Below are positions 8,107 to 18,870 of a stretch of DNA of 46,457 nucleotides, one piece after another. The notes under the pieces were generated by a model, which did not search any database, had not been told where the DNA came from, and was given only the letters and a program-made list of their open reading frames with translations. The stretch is from the IMG/VR virus record IMGVR_UViG_3300044453_000128, positions 1-46,457 of that record; one strand, given 5' to 3'. A program made the position numbers and the translations under genes. Source of the stretch: a virus. Taxonomy: Duplodnaviria; Caudoviricetes. Each line of letters starts with the position of its first letter. The first letter of the stretch is position 1.

Positions 8107-11100
8107 CTACCTACTCCACTTCTCTCTTACCCTCCTTGCTAAGCGAATAGCTCTCTCTTTCGCTTCGTCATCCTGCTTCTCGCGGGCTTGCTTTAGCAAG
8201 TTGCGGATCGCTTTTGCTTCGCCCTTGCTGTAGGCTCCTCGGCGCCGGGCTTCATCCATGACCCACTCAACATCAGCATCCGACCAAGGCGAAGGCTCGC
8301 GATAGAGACGGCCAAGGCCGGTCATATTGCCCAAAAACTTCCTCAAGGTGGTCTTGTCGTCTGGGGTGATCATCGTTCCCCAGCCGGCACCGTAGCCCCT
8401 GATAACGTGGTCGACCTTTCTGGGGTCAATGCTGTAACCACTTAACATGCTACCGATTTTGCCTAATTCCGAAGCACCCTCGAAGCCTTTACGCTTAGTA
8501 ACATCGCGCTCGTAGGTCTCCCAGTAGGGAACGATCGTGCGACCACGGAAAAGGTCGTAATTCATCATCGACTCAACAACAGGAGCGAAGCCCGAACTCA
8601 TTGAATTCCAGTCAAGAGGCAGGACTGCAGCAAAAGCACTGTTGCCGTAGTTTTTCCAAGCATCTTTGGCCAGGTCTTCACGGCCCACACTTTGCGCCGC
8701 AATCATCTCGGCCATTCGCCGGGCCCCGCTGAACATGAAGCCATATTCGTACGGCATAGGAATCATGATATTCTTGCCGTTTCCAACCGGAATAATGTGA
8801 TTGAAGTCGCGGAAGTAGGCCGGGTATTTCAGCCAACGCTCCCGGTCTTCCTCGTCCATCATCAGCAAGGCCGCAAGATAGCCCATCACCTGCATGGGCG
8901 CCAGGCGCGTCATGATGCGCAAAGCAAAGGCAGCATTGCCGCGTTCCTGTCGCGTCTGAGCTAAGCGGCGCAAGCCCTGCAAGGCTGGGTTCACGAAAAG
9001 CAAGACCGAGCCAAGTCCATACACGGCGGCACCCATTTCTGCGAAGTCGATCAGGCCGCGACCAGCATCAGCACCAATTAATCGCGCTTCGCCTTCGGAC
9101 TTCCCTTCTCGACGTGCCTTCTTGTAGGCAGCCAAGTATTCAACCTTACGGTTAATTGCATCCGACTCTTCGCCAATTTTTTCCCAGGCGCGCAGCATTT
9201 TACGCCAAGGCGTAATCAGGGTGCGGCCGGTACCGGTTTCGCTTTGCAGGTATTCAGCCATGCGCTGCCCGATTTGATCAGGCAACCGCTCCATCATACC
9301 AGCGAAGGCGCCGCCGGTTGAATGATAGGCCTCGTTCAGGGTCAAGCGCCCCAACTCGCCACGGCCTTTAGCCAGTTCTTCGGCCTTATTTTTCACGAAG
9401 TCTAAGCCAAGGCCGCTGTTGCCATCGATCATCCTGGCCTGTGCATCGCGGAACGGTTGCGCAACAAGGAAGGTGGGCGATCGAGTAATCATAAACCGCT
9501 GCAAGTTGACCAAGGCCCGCATCGTGCGCGAGAAAAGATCATCGCTGCCGGCTGCACCACGGTTATGCATGGCGTTGAGCGATGCATTCATGGCGCCGTT
9601 AAACACCCACATTTCATGCTTACCATCGCGGCGGAAGTGATGGATCTGCCGCCCTTCGTAGGTGTTCTTGCGCTCCCCGTCGTTTTCGCGCCAATGATCC
9701 TCGTATTCCTCTTTGCTGACTTGGAAGGCCAGGTCATGGAATTCGCCGCGCTTCTGGTTCTTGCCTGGCTTAAAGGCATCGGTTAAGGCAATCATAGCCC
9801 GGTTGCGATCTCCAACAGCGACCGCATTGGCAACCTGAACCAGTAGACCTTGGACCGGGTTGGCGACCTTGCGCGTCGATGACTTAAAACCCTTCGTTGG
9901 CAAATTGGCCGTAATAATGTCATCATCAAAAAGTCGGTGCATGTCGATGTAGGCAGGGACCGACTCTTCCTTGGCGATAAATGTTTTTCCGTCTGCTGTT
10001 TTCCAGGTATCGCCTTTCTGAACGGCTTTTGGATCAAGCGTATAGCGCACCACCTGACCTTTATTGGTGATTTCCACCGCCATCAATTCCTTGCGCATAT
10101 ACTTATTGTTCATGTCCTCGACTTGCTTGGCACTCAAGAAACCGGAATCATGTAAGTAGCCTAATACAAAATTAGAAATGACGGCGTAGCGACGCAAGAA
10201 TTCGTCATGCGCTTCGCGATGCGGATCATTGACCATCTCATCAAAGGCCTTTTTCGCCAACTTGTAATCGCTGGTCAATCCGCCACCGATACCAGTAATG
10301 CGCTGCGACCACTTCCGCCACACCTGAAAGCGAGCATTGCGGAAGGTAGCCAAAGAATCGCGCACAATGGCGTTTGAAAGCACCGCCCCTGTCGCCTTCG
10401 GCACATTAAATGGCTGCTTAGGGTTCATTGCCTTGCGGCTGGCTTTGATCAATTCACCACGCAGCGCGCTGACAAATTCTGGCCCGGTGTGCGCATTAAG
10501 CGCCTGCATTGCATCGTCCCGGTCTGGTTGGCTGCCTTTTGATTGTCGGATCAACCGCTCCATCATTTTGACTATTCGTAGCGCGATGGTGTTAGCCTGA
10601 TCAAAAGATAGGCCTTCCGGTGGTAATTCTGACAACGCGGCTGCTATATGGTCGGCTGGTTCAACACTCTCTAACTTGGCGCGCTGATATTCCAAATCGC
10701 CTTCTAGCCTTGTCCGTCGCACCACGCCTTTGGCAACGGCTCGGTCCATTTCGTGTTGGGCCTCTCTGGTTGTGAGGTGCCTGAGTGGTGCCAGGAGCCA
10801 GGCGAGATTGACTCGCTCTCCGGTCACAAGATCGAACAACGGCGAGCCATCAAAGGTGGCGAACCCCTTGCCGTACATCCACGATTCTAACTTACCGGCA
10901 ATGCCGCGACTCAATCGGTTGAGCAATCGGTAATCTTCAAACGGTGACAACTCATCAATCTCTCGGCCTTGGCGCGCTAGGCCCTCATGCCAGCCCTTGA
11001 TTGCCAAGTGTGCATCATTGAACCAGCGGAACGCCAGCCAATCACGCCACGAACCAGCGGTAAATTCACCCAGCGAACGCTTGTCCTTGGTCGAGAAAAC

Positions 11101-14100
11101 ATTGCGGCCATGTGCCAGGTCATTGAGCCAACCGATCGCCTTGCGTATTGGCGAGGTCTGACGCTTAATTAATTCCTCAAGCGCCTCGATCTGGTGTAGT
11201 GGTCGGTCTGCGGCCGGCATGCCTTCAATTTGCCGCACATAATTGCCGAATGACTCTAATGCCTCCAGCTGCTCTTGCGGCACATGCTCACGCATCAGGC
11301 GCTCTAACTCAGGAAACTTACTCGTGCTCGATGGCGCCACCGCCCAAGCCCGCATAAATTCTGCCCAGCCCTCATGCCGTAGGTATCGCTCGCGGTCTTC
11401 CTTGCGCAGCCCTGCCGGCGGTTTGCTGCCAAACTGCCCCCACCAAGCCAAGTCGGTGGCTGGAAGGCTTGGGAGGTCAACAAGGTCATTCAACGCCGCA
11501 ATGCGGTGGCTGATTTCGTGTGCCGTCGAATCCAAATCGCCTTCGTGCGCGATACCAGTAGCCCCGGTGGCCTCATTGAAATAACCACCCAAACCACGCG
11601 GAACAACAATACGTCCCTCGACCTTCGTTTGGCCAAGTCCCGCATCAGTCAAATCCTTCGCGAATTTCTTGATGCGATCAGCGTAATGCTCTAATCGCTT
11701 CGCCTTCGTCGGTATCGCGTCGATTTTCGGACGATCAGGCGTGTTCTTGCGTTTGGTGCGCTCAAACGGGCGCCCGGCTTCAGTGCGGCCAATTTCGCCG
11801 CGGCCGTCATCGTTGTCCTGCTTATCGAGGTCGCGGTCTGGTGAACCTGGGTCGATATCTCGTTGCGGAGAACCAAAACCTTTGTTAGGCTCTCCGCCAG
11901 ACCCATTGGTGTTGAACCCGGTGTCTCCCTCTGTCTCCGAAGTCGCGGAGTCATGGTGCCCGGGCTGAGCCGGTGGGTTTGCGCGTTTACTGTCATAAAA
12001 AAAGTCACCGTCGTAAAAGAAGTTACCGCTGGCGGTTTCTCGAACCATTGCAACGCCAAGTCCTTCGATGCCATTCACTGTTACAGATTTTTCGAACCGG
12101 TGTACCCCTCGAACATGTTCTCGGTTTTTCCGGTCAGGGTCGAAGCCCTTGTAGGTTCCCGTTTTGATAATGTCAGCTATCTGCGGCAGTGCAGAGAGGT
12201 CCATAACACTATGGCGCCCAGAAGTTGCATGCTTAATTCCGGCAACAGTAAACTGAATCTTTCCAACTTCTTCGCGTTCAATCGACCTTCCGACAAGGTT
12301 TTCTCTCGCCCATGTGCGAGAAGCCTTCATTAAATTTTTTTTGTCATTAAATGGGATTGTGGGGTTGCCTTCTGAAGTTTCATTGGCATCAGGCTCTTCC
12401 CGCGAACGCCCTGAATTTCGTTGTGGCGCGGCAAACTCAGTGTTAACATTTACCAAGTCTTCCTGGGTGTCGGCGGCGCTGTCTTTAACTGGTTGTGGTT
12501 CTGGATCAGCAACGGCGGTGGTGGTGGCGGGCTCGGCATATTCTGCGGGTTGCGGGCTTGGCGCTGGTTGCTTGACCGTTGCTTGACCGTTGTTTGATCG
12601 GCTATCCTTCCACTCGTCAACGGTCTGCATAAACTCTATTTTTAATAAAATCTTGGCTGTTCCGCTGCGCTCCCACGGCGTCCCGCGCAACCACCGCTCT
12701 GCTGTCATATCAGCAAAGATATTTGCATTTTCAATAAAATGCTTTTTATCTTCGGGTGTTTCAAGAGTTGAGATAAGACGGTTTGCTCGCTTAGCCATGT
12801 GTGACCGCATAATGAGCATATCAGGGTGACCTAAGTCCTGATCGCCTGGTTGTGGATTTGGCGCCGGTTGCTCGTCCTTTTCATGATCTTCGGTTACTTG
12901 ACCGTTGTTTGCCTGCTCCGGTTGCGCCGCTGCGTCAGCATTCGCCCGGCTGTACGCATTTTTGTACGCCTGCTCCAGCTGGGCATGCGCGCCGCGTTGA
13001 CCAACCATCCCGGTTGGCATGAGGATATTCGTTGCCAGGAATTTAGCGCGATCGCTCCAGGCCTTTTGCTCTTCTTCGGTTTCTGGCGCCTTGCCGTCGC
13101 GCCTGAAGTCTTCCGTGGCGCGTTTCTCGATGGCTTTGCGTAGGGTGTCAAAATTACCGATAGACCCGCTACCCACTGATTGTTGCTCAGTTGGAAGCGG
13201 GTTTTCGTTGGTTTTTACTGGCCTTTCTTCAATCGTCGCGGTAGGCACAGGACCAGAAACAGGAGCAGGGTGCGCTTGTTCGGTGGTTTCCTCGGCTGGT
13301 GCCGGGGCAAAGTTGGCAGGCGTTAAGCCGGCTTTGCCGCCGCGTAACTTCCCGTCAGCGGTGCGCGCAACCAAACGGCCATCGTCGCGCACTTCTTCGA
13401 TGGTGTAAACGCTGCCCTTGTGTTTCCCCTTCGTGACGACGACTTTTTCACCGGCTTTAACCTGCTTAAAGTCGGTGCCGCCAGGGGTGAAAATTGATTC
13501 AACCGTACCGACTGGCGCGGTGTTTTCCGTTTTGTCGCTCACTTCCTCGGGTTTTTGATCGACAATGCCAACAGGTTGCGGTGGTGCATCTGGCGCAGCA
13601 TCGCCCTGAACCAACTCGATCCTGCCAGGGCGCCCCGCTGGTGCTGGCGTTGGTTTCCATTTTGGCTCATTGGACTGCGGGACCTCGTTAATTTCCCACG
13701 GCATATCACCAGTAAACTGTGGGCCAAACACACCCTCAGTATCAACGCCAGTTGTGGCGGCGCCCTTCGCCATCTGCTCGGCCTTTTGCGTTTGGTCTGC
13801 CAATGCATCGGCTTCTTGCCGGGCCGCGATCATCTTCTGCTCGTGCTTGGCCAATTCCGCCGCGTACGGGTGCTCTAATTCCGTATTGGCTGGGGCTGAA
13901 GGGTTTTGCGGGTTGCGCGGCTGGCGTAGGAGTTGCGCTGTCAGGATCACCTTGTTTGCCTGCTCTGCGACCGGTTGCGCCGCTGCTCTGGCGACTCCCG
14001 CCACATCGCTCGCAATGCCGGTAGCGCCATCTCTGACGATGCCACCAATCGCCGCAACTTCCTCGGCCAACGTTTTCGCATGCGGTGCAATTACCTCGCC

Positions 14101-15174
14101 GGCCTTGAGTGCGCCTTTTGCCGCGACTTGTATCCCTGCGCCTGCGGCCTGGGCAAGATCCTGCCCGGCTACTTGCGCAATTTCTGGTGCTCGTGCACCG
14201 CCGCTTACTGCGGTCCCTAAGACGCCACCAATAGCACCTTCGTAGAACATTGCTTCAGCGGCTTCTTGAAAAGTTTTGCCATCATTGATTGCTTGTAAAA
14301 AGCCTGCGCTGCCTTCTTCCGCGTAGTCGCCCAAACCGTTTGTTATCAAGAATTTCGCGACATCATTTTTCGTGGCTAATTTAGCAGCATCATCGAGACC
14401 CGCCAGAGCCTCTACTCCGTATTTGCCTCCAACATATGTCGTTAATCCATCAATCAGGCCAGCGGAAATCGCGCTACGGTAGCGTTCGGCACCTTCTTTA
14501 TGTCGGTTATCGGCAAAGTTAATGCCTGCACCTTGAGCCCCGGCCACCGCGGCCATTGCGGGCAAGCCTAGAGGAGCGGCAAGTATTGCCGGCGCGAGCG
14601 ATGGTACCGCTCCTGCAACATCAGTCGCGAAGTTACTACCTTTGTCAATTATTTGCGCATACGCTTCCCTGGGCAGAACTTGATCCACATGACCGCTTGG
14701 GATGCCACTTTGCCATGCCTGTAATTGTCTTGAGGTGTCATCAATCGACGAATATGCTGCATGAGCCATTCGTTTAATCTGCCGTCTGAGTTTATTCCTA
14801 CCCCAAATCTGCATCGGTAGCGAGTCACTTGCGACCTCAGCTGCGGCGAATGGCATCTTGCTAAAATTAGAAAGGTTATCGATTACCCTGGCTTGCGTAG
14901 TTGCCCATGCATCTCCGCTTGCGCCATTTGACGGGGTGTAGTGGTACAGAGTGCCGACGTCACCAAGAAAGTCTAATTCGCGTTGCTTTTCACCACCATT
15001 TAGGCGCTCAACGAGTTTTCCAACAAATTGCTCAGTCTGGGGTACTCCAAGCATGCCAAGGGTCTGTAGGGCCCGCTCGTAAACTTGATCGCCGTGCGCA
15101 AAATACCCACCTTTTTCATCTAAAAATGACTGAAAACTTGATAAGGCGACATCAGCGTAGGGATGTTGTTCCAT
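8107..15174 (-). CDS. Giant polyvalent / internal virion (ejection) protein
   Basis: 2355 aa; last gene of the structural operon; KOW-like motif, LPD3-like segment, HEISH zincin motif and LPD38-like C-terminus, separated by low-complexity linkers. Confidence 0.75.
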   Translation of the reverse strand: MEQHPYADVALSSFQSFLDEKGGYFAHGDQVYERALQTLGMLGVPQTEQFVGKLVERLNGGEKQRELDFLGDVGTLYHYTPSNGASGDAWATTQARVIDNLSNFSKMPFAAAEVASDSLPMQIWGRNKLRRQIKRMAHAAYSSIDDTSRQLQAWQSGIPSGHVDQVLPREAYAQIIDKGSNFATDVAGAVPSLAPAILAAPLGLPAMAAVAGAQGAGINFADNRHKEGAERYRSAISAGLIDGLTTYVGGKYGVEALAGLDDAAKLATKNDVAKFLITNGLGDYAEEGSAGFLQAINDGKTFQEAAEAMFYEGAIGGVLGTAVSGGARAPEIAQVAGQDLAQAAGAGIQVAAKGALKAGEVIAPHAKTLAEEVAAIGGIVRDGATGIASDVAGVARAAAQPVAEQANKVILTAQLLRQPRNPQNPSAPANTELEHPYAAELAKHEQKMIAARQEADALADQTQKAEQMAKGAATTGVDTEGVFGPQFTGDMPWEINEVPQSNEPKWKPTPAPAGRPGRIELVQGDAAPDAPPQPVGIVDQKPEEVSDKTENTAPVGTVESIFTPGGTDFKQVKAGEKVVVTKGKHKGSVYTIEEVRDDGRLVARTADGKLRGGKAGLTPANFAPAPAEETTEQAHPAPVSGPVPTATIEERPVKTNENPLPTEQQSVGSGSIGNFDTLRKAIEKRATEDFRRDGKAPETEEEQKAWSDRAKFLATNILMPTGMVGQRGAHAQLEQAYKNAYSRANADAAAQPEQANNGQVTEDHEKDEQPAPNPQPGDQDLGHPDMLIMRSHMAKRANRLISTLETPEDKKHFIENANIFADMTAERWLRGTPWERSGTAKILLKIEFMQTVDEWKDSRSNNGQATVKQPAPSPQPAEYAEPATTTAVADPEPQPVKDSAADTQEDLVNVNTEFAAPQRNSGRSREEPDANETSEGNPTIPFNDKKNLMKASRTWARENLVGRSIEREEVGKIQFTVAGIKHATSGRHSVMDLSALPQIADIIKTGTYKGFDPDRKNREHVRGVHRFEKSVTVNGIEGLGVAMVRETASGNFFYDGDFFYDSKRANPPAQPGHHDSATSETEGDTGFNTNGSGGEPNKGFGSPQRDIDPGSPDRDLDKQDNDDGRGEIGRTEAGRPFERTKRKNTPDRPKIDAIPTKAKRLEHYADRIKKFAKDLTDAGLGQTKVEGRIVVPRGLGGYFNEATGATGIAHEGDLDSTAHEISHRIAALNDLVDLPSLPATDLAWWGQFGSKPPAGLRKEDRERYLRHEGWAEFMRAWAVAPSSTSKFPELERLMREHVPQEQLEALESFGNYVRQIEGMPAADRPLHQIEALEELIKRQTSPIRKAIGWLNDLAHGRNVFSTKDKRSLGEFTAGSWRDWLAFRWFNDAHLAIKGWHEGLARQGREIDELSPFEDYRLLNRLSRGIAGKLESWMYGKGFATFDGSPLFDLVTGERVNLAWLLAPLRHLTTREAQHEMDRAVAKGVVRRTRLEGDLEYQRAKLESVEPADHIAAALSELPPEGLSFDQANTIALRIVKMMERLIRQSKGSQPDRDDAMQALNAHTGPEFVSALRGELIKASRKAMNPKQPFNVPKATGAVLSNAIVRDSLATFRNARFQVWRKWSQRITGIGGGLTSDYKLAKKAFDEMVNDPHREAHDEFLRRYAVISNFVLGYLHDSGFLSAKQVEDMNNKYMRKELMAVEITNKGQVVRYTLDPKAVQKGDTWKTADGKTFIAKEESVPAYIDMHRLFDDDIITANLPTKGFKSSTRKVANPVQGLLVQVANAVAVGDRNRAMIALTDAFKPGKNQKRGEFHDLAFQVSKEEYEDHWRENDGERKNTYEGRQIHHFRRDGKHEMWVFNGAMNASLNAMHNRGAAGSDDLFSRTMRALVNLQRFMITRSPTFLVAQPFRDAQARMIDGNSGLGLDFVKNKAEELAKGRGELGRLTLNEAYHSTGGAFAGMMERLPDQIGQRMAEYLQSETGTGRTLITPWRKMLRAWEKIGEESDAINRKVEYLAAYKKARREGKSEGEARLIGADAGRGLIDFAEMGAAVYGLGSVLLFVNPALQGLRRLAQTRQERGNAAFALRIMTRLAPMQVMGYLAALLMMDEEDRERWLKYPAYFRDFNHIIPVGNGKNIMIPMPYEYGFMFSGARRMAEMIAAQSVGREDLAKDAWKNYGNSAFAAVLPLDWNSMSSGFAPVVESMMNYDLFRGRTIVPYWETYERDVTKRKGFEGASELGKIGSMLSGYSIDPRKVDHVIRGYGAGWGTMITPDDKTTLRKFLGNMTGLGRLYREPSPWSDADVEWVMDEARRRGAYSKGEAKAIRNLLKQAREKQDDEAKERAIRLARRVREKWSR

Positions 15175-15280
15175 TTAATGACTCCATTTCGTCAATTCAT
15201 TAAGTAATTCAGAGGCGTTTTATGTGTTGCCAAGTCTTTCATTAATTAAGGTGCGTCGGCCTCCGAGTGTTCTAAGTGCT

Positions 15281-16180
15281 TCATTTGTAGCGCTGCCAAT
15301 ACCCCCTGCGCCTCGTAGCGCTGCCAATACCCCCTGCGCCTCTTAATTTCCGCTGGACATCAGTTGGGATCCCTGCGCGAACGCGCCATTGATTTAGAAT
15401 TGCTCGCTGCATATCCGGTTCAGCTTGATCAAGCGCAAGGCGAAATGCATTGGCCTCTTCAGGTGACAACTGCCCAACAACCTCCATCTCGTCTAAAGTA
15501 GGTTGCCGACCACTGTATTGCTCACCTCTTGATGTGTCAGGGAATATTTGTGAAGCAGGAGCCTTTAATCTGTTTTTGAGACTGCCATTGCCGAACTTAT
15601 TATCGATTTCAATTTCATCGGGTGACAAAGCTGCCCTTCTTGGGTCGCGCATGTTCTCTATGGTAAGTTCTGGGGCCGCTACCGACTCGTCTTCCTGCTG
15701 TAAGGTTGCTCCAGTCTCTTCAGCGGTTAACGCTGGGGCCGGGGCTGCTTGCTGTTGAGTCGATCCCGCAGGGACGCCATTCCACCACTCTGTCCAGCTA
15801 CGTTTTGGGTCAAAGAAAGGTGGCTTATATTCTGGCTCAGGCTCCGGTGGCACATGCAACGGCTTCAAGCCAAACGCTGAAGCCTGCTCGTTATAGACTG
15901 CGCGTGGATCACCCTCGACGGTTTCAGCAATATCCTTTGAAATGCGCCACATATCCATGTTCAGTGCCGGTGCCGCTTGCGTCTTCGCGGCATCACTTGC
16001 GACCTTCTGTTGCAGCAAGTTTTGCCTGGTGAGCGCCAAGCGCATCCGGTTATCTTCCCGATTGGCCTGCAATTCCTGCTCGCGTCGTAAACGAGGGCCC
16101 TTCAGGAGTTCAGCCGACAAATGCGCCAGACCATTCATAGCGCCATGCGGCGCAAGTGCTGCGGTGATATATTGACTCAT
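15281..16180 (-). CDS. Probable internal virion protein; C-terminus frameshifted by a duplication
   Basis: Lies in the ejection-protein cluster; A/Q/P-rich. Confidence 0.55.
   Translation of the reverse strand: MSQYITAALAPHGAMNGLAHLSAELLKGPRLRREQELQANREDNRMRLALTRQNLLQQKVASDAAKTQAAPALNMDMWRISKDIAETVEGDPRAVYNEQASAFGLKPLHVPPEPEPEYKPPFFDPKRSWTEWWNGVPAGSTQQQAAPAPALTAEETGATLQQEDESVAAPELTIENMRDPRRAALSPDEIEIDNKFGNGSLKNRLKAPASQIFPDTSRGEQYSGRQPTLDEMEVVGQLSPEEANAFRLALDQAEPDMQRAILNQWRVRAGIPTDVQRKLRGAGGIGSATRRRGYWQRYK
15287..15342. repeat. Perfect 28-bp tandem duplication
   Basis: GTAGCGCTGCCAATACCCCCTGCGCCTC x2. Confidence 0.95.
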
Positions 16181-16189
16181 GATTGCCTC

Positions 16190-16891
16190 TTATCCGATTC
16201 CGAAGGTTGCCCCATTGGCGTTCACACGCGGTTGATTGCCAGCAAATCCAAAGAGGCCGCTGCCAAGTAAATTCATCCCGGCCGAAGCCATGTCCCAGCC
16301 ATTGGCCTGGTTGGCTTGCCCCATTGCCGTATCAAAATTGCTGCGAGCAATCGCGTATTGGCGCTGTGCGTCGGTCAATTCATGCTGCACCGTTAAATTG
16401 GTGTCGTGCGCGTTCTGACGGACCTCGCGCATATTCTGGCGATACGGCATCATCGCAGCATTCATGTGCTGTGCCCGCCCTGCTTGCGTTTGCGCGTAGG
16501 TGGATTGATCGAGCATTGGTTGGATGCGCTGTTGCGTTTCTGCCTGGGCCTGCGCTGCCATTGGCCCGCCCACATTCGGCGCCGATTGTGTTGCTGCATT
16601 CTTTCCCCAAATATCACGAAAACGATCAGCGCGGTTTTCACCGGCTGCCTGTTGACCGCCCAAAGCCTGGATCACCGGGTTGTACGCCGTCTGTGCGTCC
16701 CTCGCGTAACCAAACATCGAATCGCGCAGATAGTCGTTTGCCGCGCCCGTGCGTTCGAAATGCGCGTTTTGATCCTCGCGCCATTGATTAATGGCCCGTT
16801 GCCGCTCCCGCTGGCGTCGTCGTTCGGCACTTGAACCGAAAAGACCACCAAGCGCCTGCGCTCCGATGCCTGCCGCCATTGCCCACACCAT
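16190..16891 (-). CDS. Probable internal virion / pilot protein
   Basis: N-terminal AMAAGIGAQALGGLFG and a Gly-rich hydrophobic C-terminus flank a Q/A/R-rich helical body. Confidence 0.6.
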   Translation of the reverse strand: MVWAMAAGIGAQALGGLFGSSAERRRQRERQRAINQWREDQNAHFERTGAANDYLRDSMFGYARDAQTAYNPVIQALGGQQAAGENRADRFRDIWGKNAATQSAPNVGGPMAAQAQAETQQRIQPMLDQSTYAQTQAGRAQHMNAAMMPYRQNMREVRQNAHDTNLTVQHELTDAQRQYAIARSNFDTAMGQANQANGWDMASAGMNLLGSGLFGFAGNQPRVNANGATFGIG

Positions 16892-16893
16892 AA

Positions 16894-17682
16894 TTAGCCC
16901 CCAAATGCGTTTGGCTGGAAGGAATAGGGTTGATACCCGCCGCCCTGCCATTGTTGTATCTGTGTGCCAGGAACACCGTTGTGCACACCAAAGATGCCCT
17001 GGAATTCATTCACCATTGGCCGGCTATTGTAGTTGCCGATCCCGGCGCCGATGCCTGATAGAGCCCCACCAATTGAACCGGAAACACCATTATAAAACTG
17101 CTGATCGCTATTGAATTCGGCCAGGTTGGCTTGGTTCGCGCCAATCGTCTGCAAGGCGCTGTTGTTCATGCCGTTTTGCATCGCTTGCGCACCGGCATCG
17201 CTGAATGGGTTGGTACCAAAAACCTGCGCCAAAGCCGCGTCACGTTGGTTATTCCAATTGTTGGTGACTTGATCTTCCGCCGCAAGTGCCGCGGTTAAAT
17301 TGGCTGCGGTTTGGGTTTGGTATCCGCCGTGCAAATCAGCGGCCTGCTTGGCGTGAGTTGTCGCGCCAGCCTGGCCACGGCCATAACTATTGTAATGCGC
17401 CTGGTTGAGGTTGCGATTATAGTTGTCTTGGTTCGCCTGCTGACGCGCACCAAAGATGTTTTGGAAAGCGGCCTGTTGGTCTAATTGCAGTTGGCGCGGA
17501 TCAAAGGCCTTGTCGATGTCGCGCTGCTGCTGATCACGCAGGTTCCGTTGATCACCCAAGTGCCGACCGGTGGCATTCCCATCAAAGGGCTGCACCGGCT
17601 GCTTGCTTTTCATGCCAGGAGACGCCATTTTATTGCGATCCTGCGGCATATTACTTCCGACTACTGAGGGTATAGGTCGCAT
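16894..17682 (-). CDS. Probable internal virion protein
   Basis: Q/N/A-rich with a GVSGSIGGALSGIGAGIG segment; position typical of podovirus ejection proteins. Confidence 0.55.
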   Translation of the reverse strand: MRPIPSVVGSNMPQDRNKMASPGMKSKQPVQPFDGNATGRHLGDQRNLRDQQQRDIDKAFDPRQLQLDQQAAFQNIFGARQQANQDNYNRNLNQAHYNSYGRGQAGATTHAKQAADLHGGYQTQTAANLTAALAAEDQVTNNWNNQRDAALAQVFGTNPFSDAGAQAMQNGMNNSALQTIGANQANLAEFNSDQQFYNGVSGSIGGALSGIGAGIGNYNSRPMVNEFQGIFGVHNGVPGTQIQQWQGGGYQPYSFQPNAFGG

Positions 17683-17685
17683 AAC

Positions 17686-18870
17686 TTAATCCTTGATGAT
17701 ATAATTGACGTTCTGGCAGGGGGGCGTATTAGCGAAGGCTTCACTGTCACCCTCTTCTGTCGTGTCTATCTCGTAGAGGTCAAACTTATCTCTACCGTTA
17801 GCAAATGTGCTATGCTCATGGCCGCCCTGCGGTCCATCTGAACTAATTTTTTCACCCACGCCAACAGGTCCACTCGTGCGATGGTCAACGATGTTTCTTT
17901 GGTTTTCTGATATGTTTTGACCCTCGACCCAGCTACTTCCGTCTCCCATGTAGCCTTTCGTTATATGTTTATGAGGTGGCATATTCCCTTCAGCGAGAAC
18001 GGTGTTAGCAATCCCGCCAACAGTCCCTCGGTCTTCGTTCGGCACGTTAAGCGGTGCCGTTCCGCCATCGTTCCGGCCACGAGGAAAGCGCCCGCGCAAG
18101 TCGGGCAGGTTGAATGTCGTCGCTGAATCGCCGGGCCCGTATGCCACGCCAATTGCCTGAAAAAGTCGCTGGTACGTTGTGCGGTTCAACTCGCCGCCGT
18201 GGCACCAATGCCAACCGTTCGGCAAGGCGTCACCAGCAAACGGCACAATCATCCCGGCCGGCAAAACTGGATAATTGGCAACGGTATCATTGATTAATGC
18301 GCGCACCTGGCCAACGCTGATACTTTGGTCGTCAATCGAGTCATCTGCCAAGTTGATCGCATCAACCGGCATGCCAGTGAAAACGCGCCCAGCCATAGGC
18401 ATATTGGCGGATGGATGATTTGAACCATTCAAACGCCAGTAGAGCGATGATAATTGGCCAAGGTCAGCAACGAGTGAACGAATCTGCGCCAGGGAAACCG
18501 GTTGATCGTCATTCTCGGCATCGGGAATGCCGTTGATTGCATTGCCAAGCATATCCAAGACGCCGCCCATCGAGGCGCCATTCAACGAGGCATAGCCAGC
18601 ACCCATGCCAGGCACCACCATGATATGCACCACGTCACCCATGCGCACCGGACGCGGAAAGGTTGGCTGCACCGTCGTTCCATTTACCCAGGTGGCCGGG
18701 TACTCATTTCCATTCAGGGTGCAAAACAGACCGTGCGTAGCAGTGTCGTACGTAGCGCCAAGGGTGTAGGTCGTTTCGCCGCCAATGGGCAAAAAACGAT
18801 TCAGGCCAGGGAACAATAATTGCTCCATGACGCGGGTTAATGTTTTTTGCAAAAAGCGATCAGCGGCCAT
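17686..18870 (-). CDS. Tail fibre protein with phage tail collar domain
   Basis: PAGMIVPFAG...PNGWHWCHG...Y..LFQAIG..YG.GD..TTFNLPDLRGRFPRG and terminal N.PP...VNYIIK; start 18870 coupled to the upstream stop. Confidence 0.88.
   Translation of the reverse strand: MAADRFLQKTLTRVMEQLLFPGLNRFLPIGGETTYTLGATYDTATHGLFCTLNGNEYPATWVNGTTVQPTFPRPVRMGDVVHIMVVPGMGAGYASLNGASMGGVLDMLGNAINGIPDAENDDQPVSLAQIRSLVADLGQLSSLYWRLNGSNHPSANMPMAGRVFTGMPVDAINLADDSIDDQSISVGQVRALINDTVANYPVLPAGMIVPFAGDALPNGWHWCHGGELNRTTYQRLFQAIGVAYGPGDSATTFNLPDLRGRFPRGRNDGGTAPLNVPNEDRGTVGGIANTVLAEGNMPPHKHITKGYMGDGSSWVEGQNISENQRNIVDHRTSGPVGVGEKISSDGPQGGHEHSTFANGRDKFDLYEIDTTEEGDSEAFANTPPCQNVNYIIKD

Noticed and set aside
8107-15174. Tape measure protein or virion RNA polymerase
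   Set aside because: No tail tube or sheath genes and no polymerase motifs were recognised; the context fits a podovirus ejection protein.
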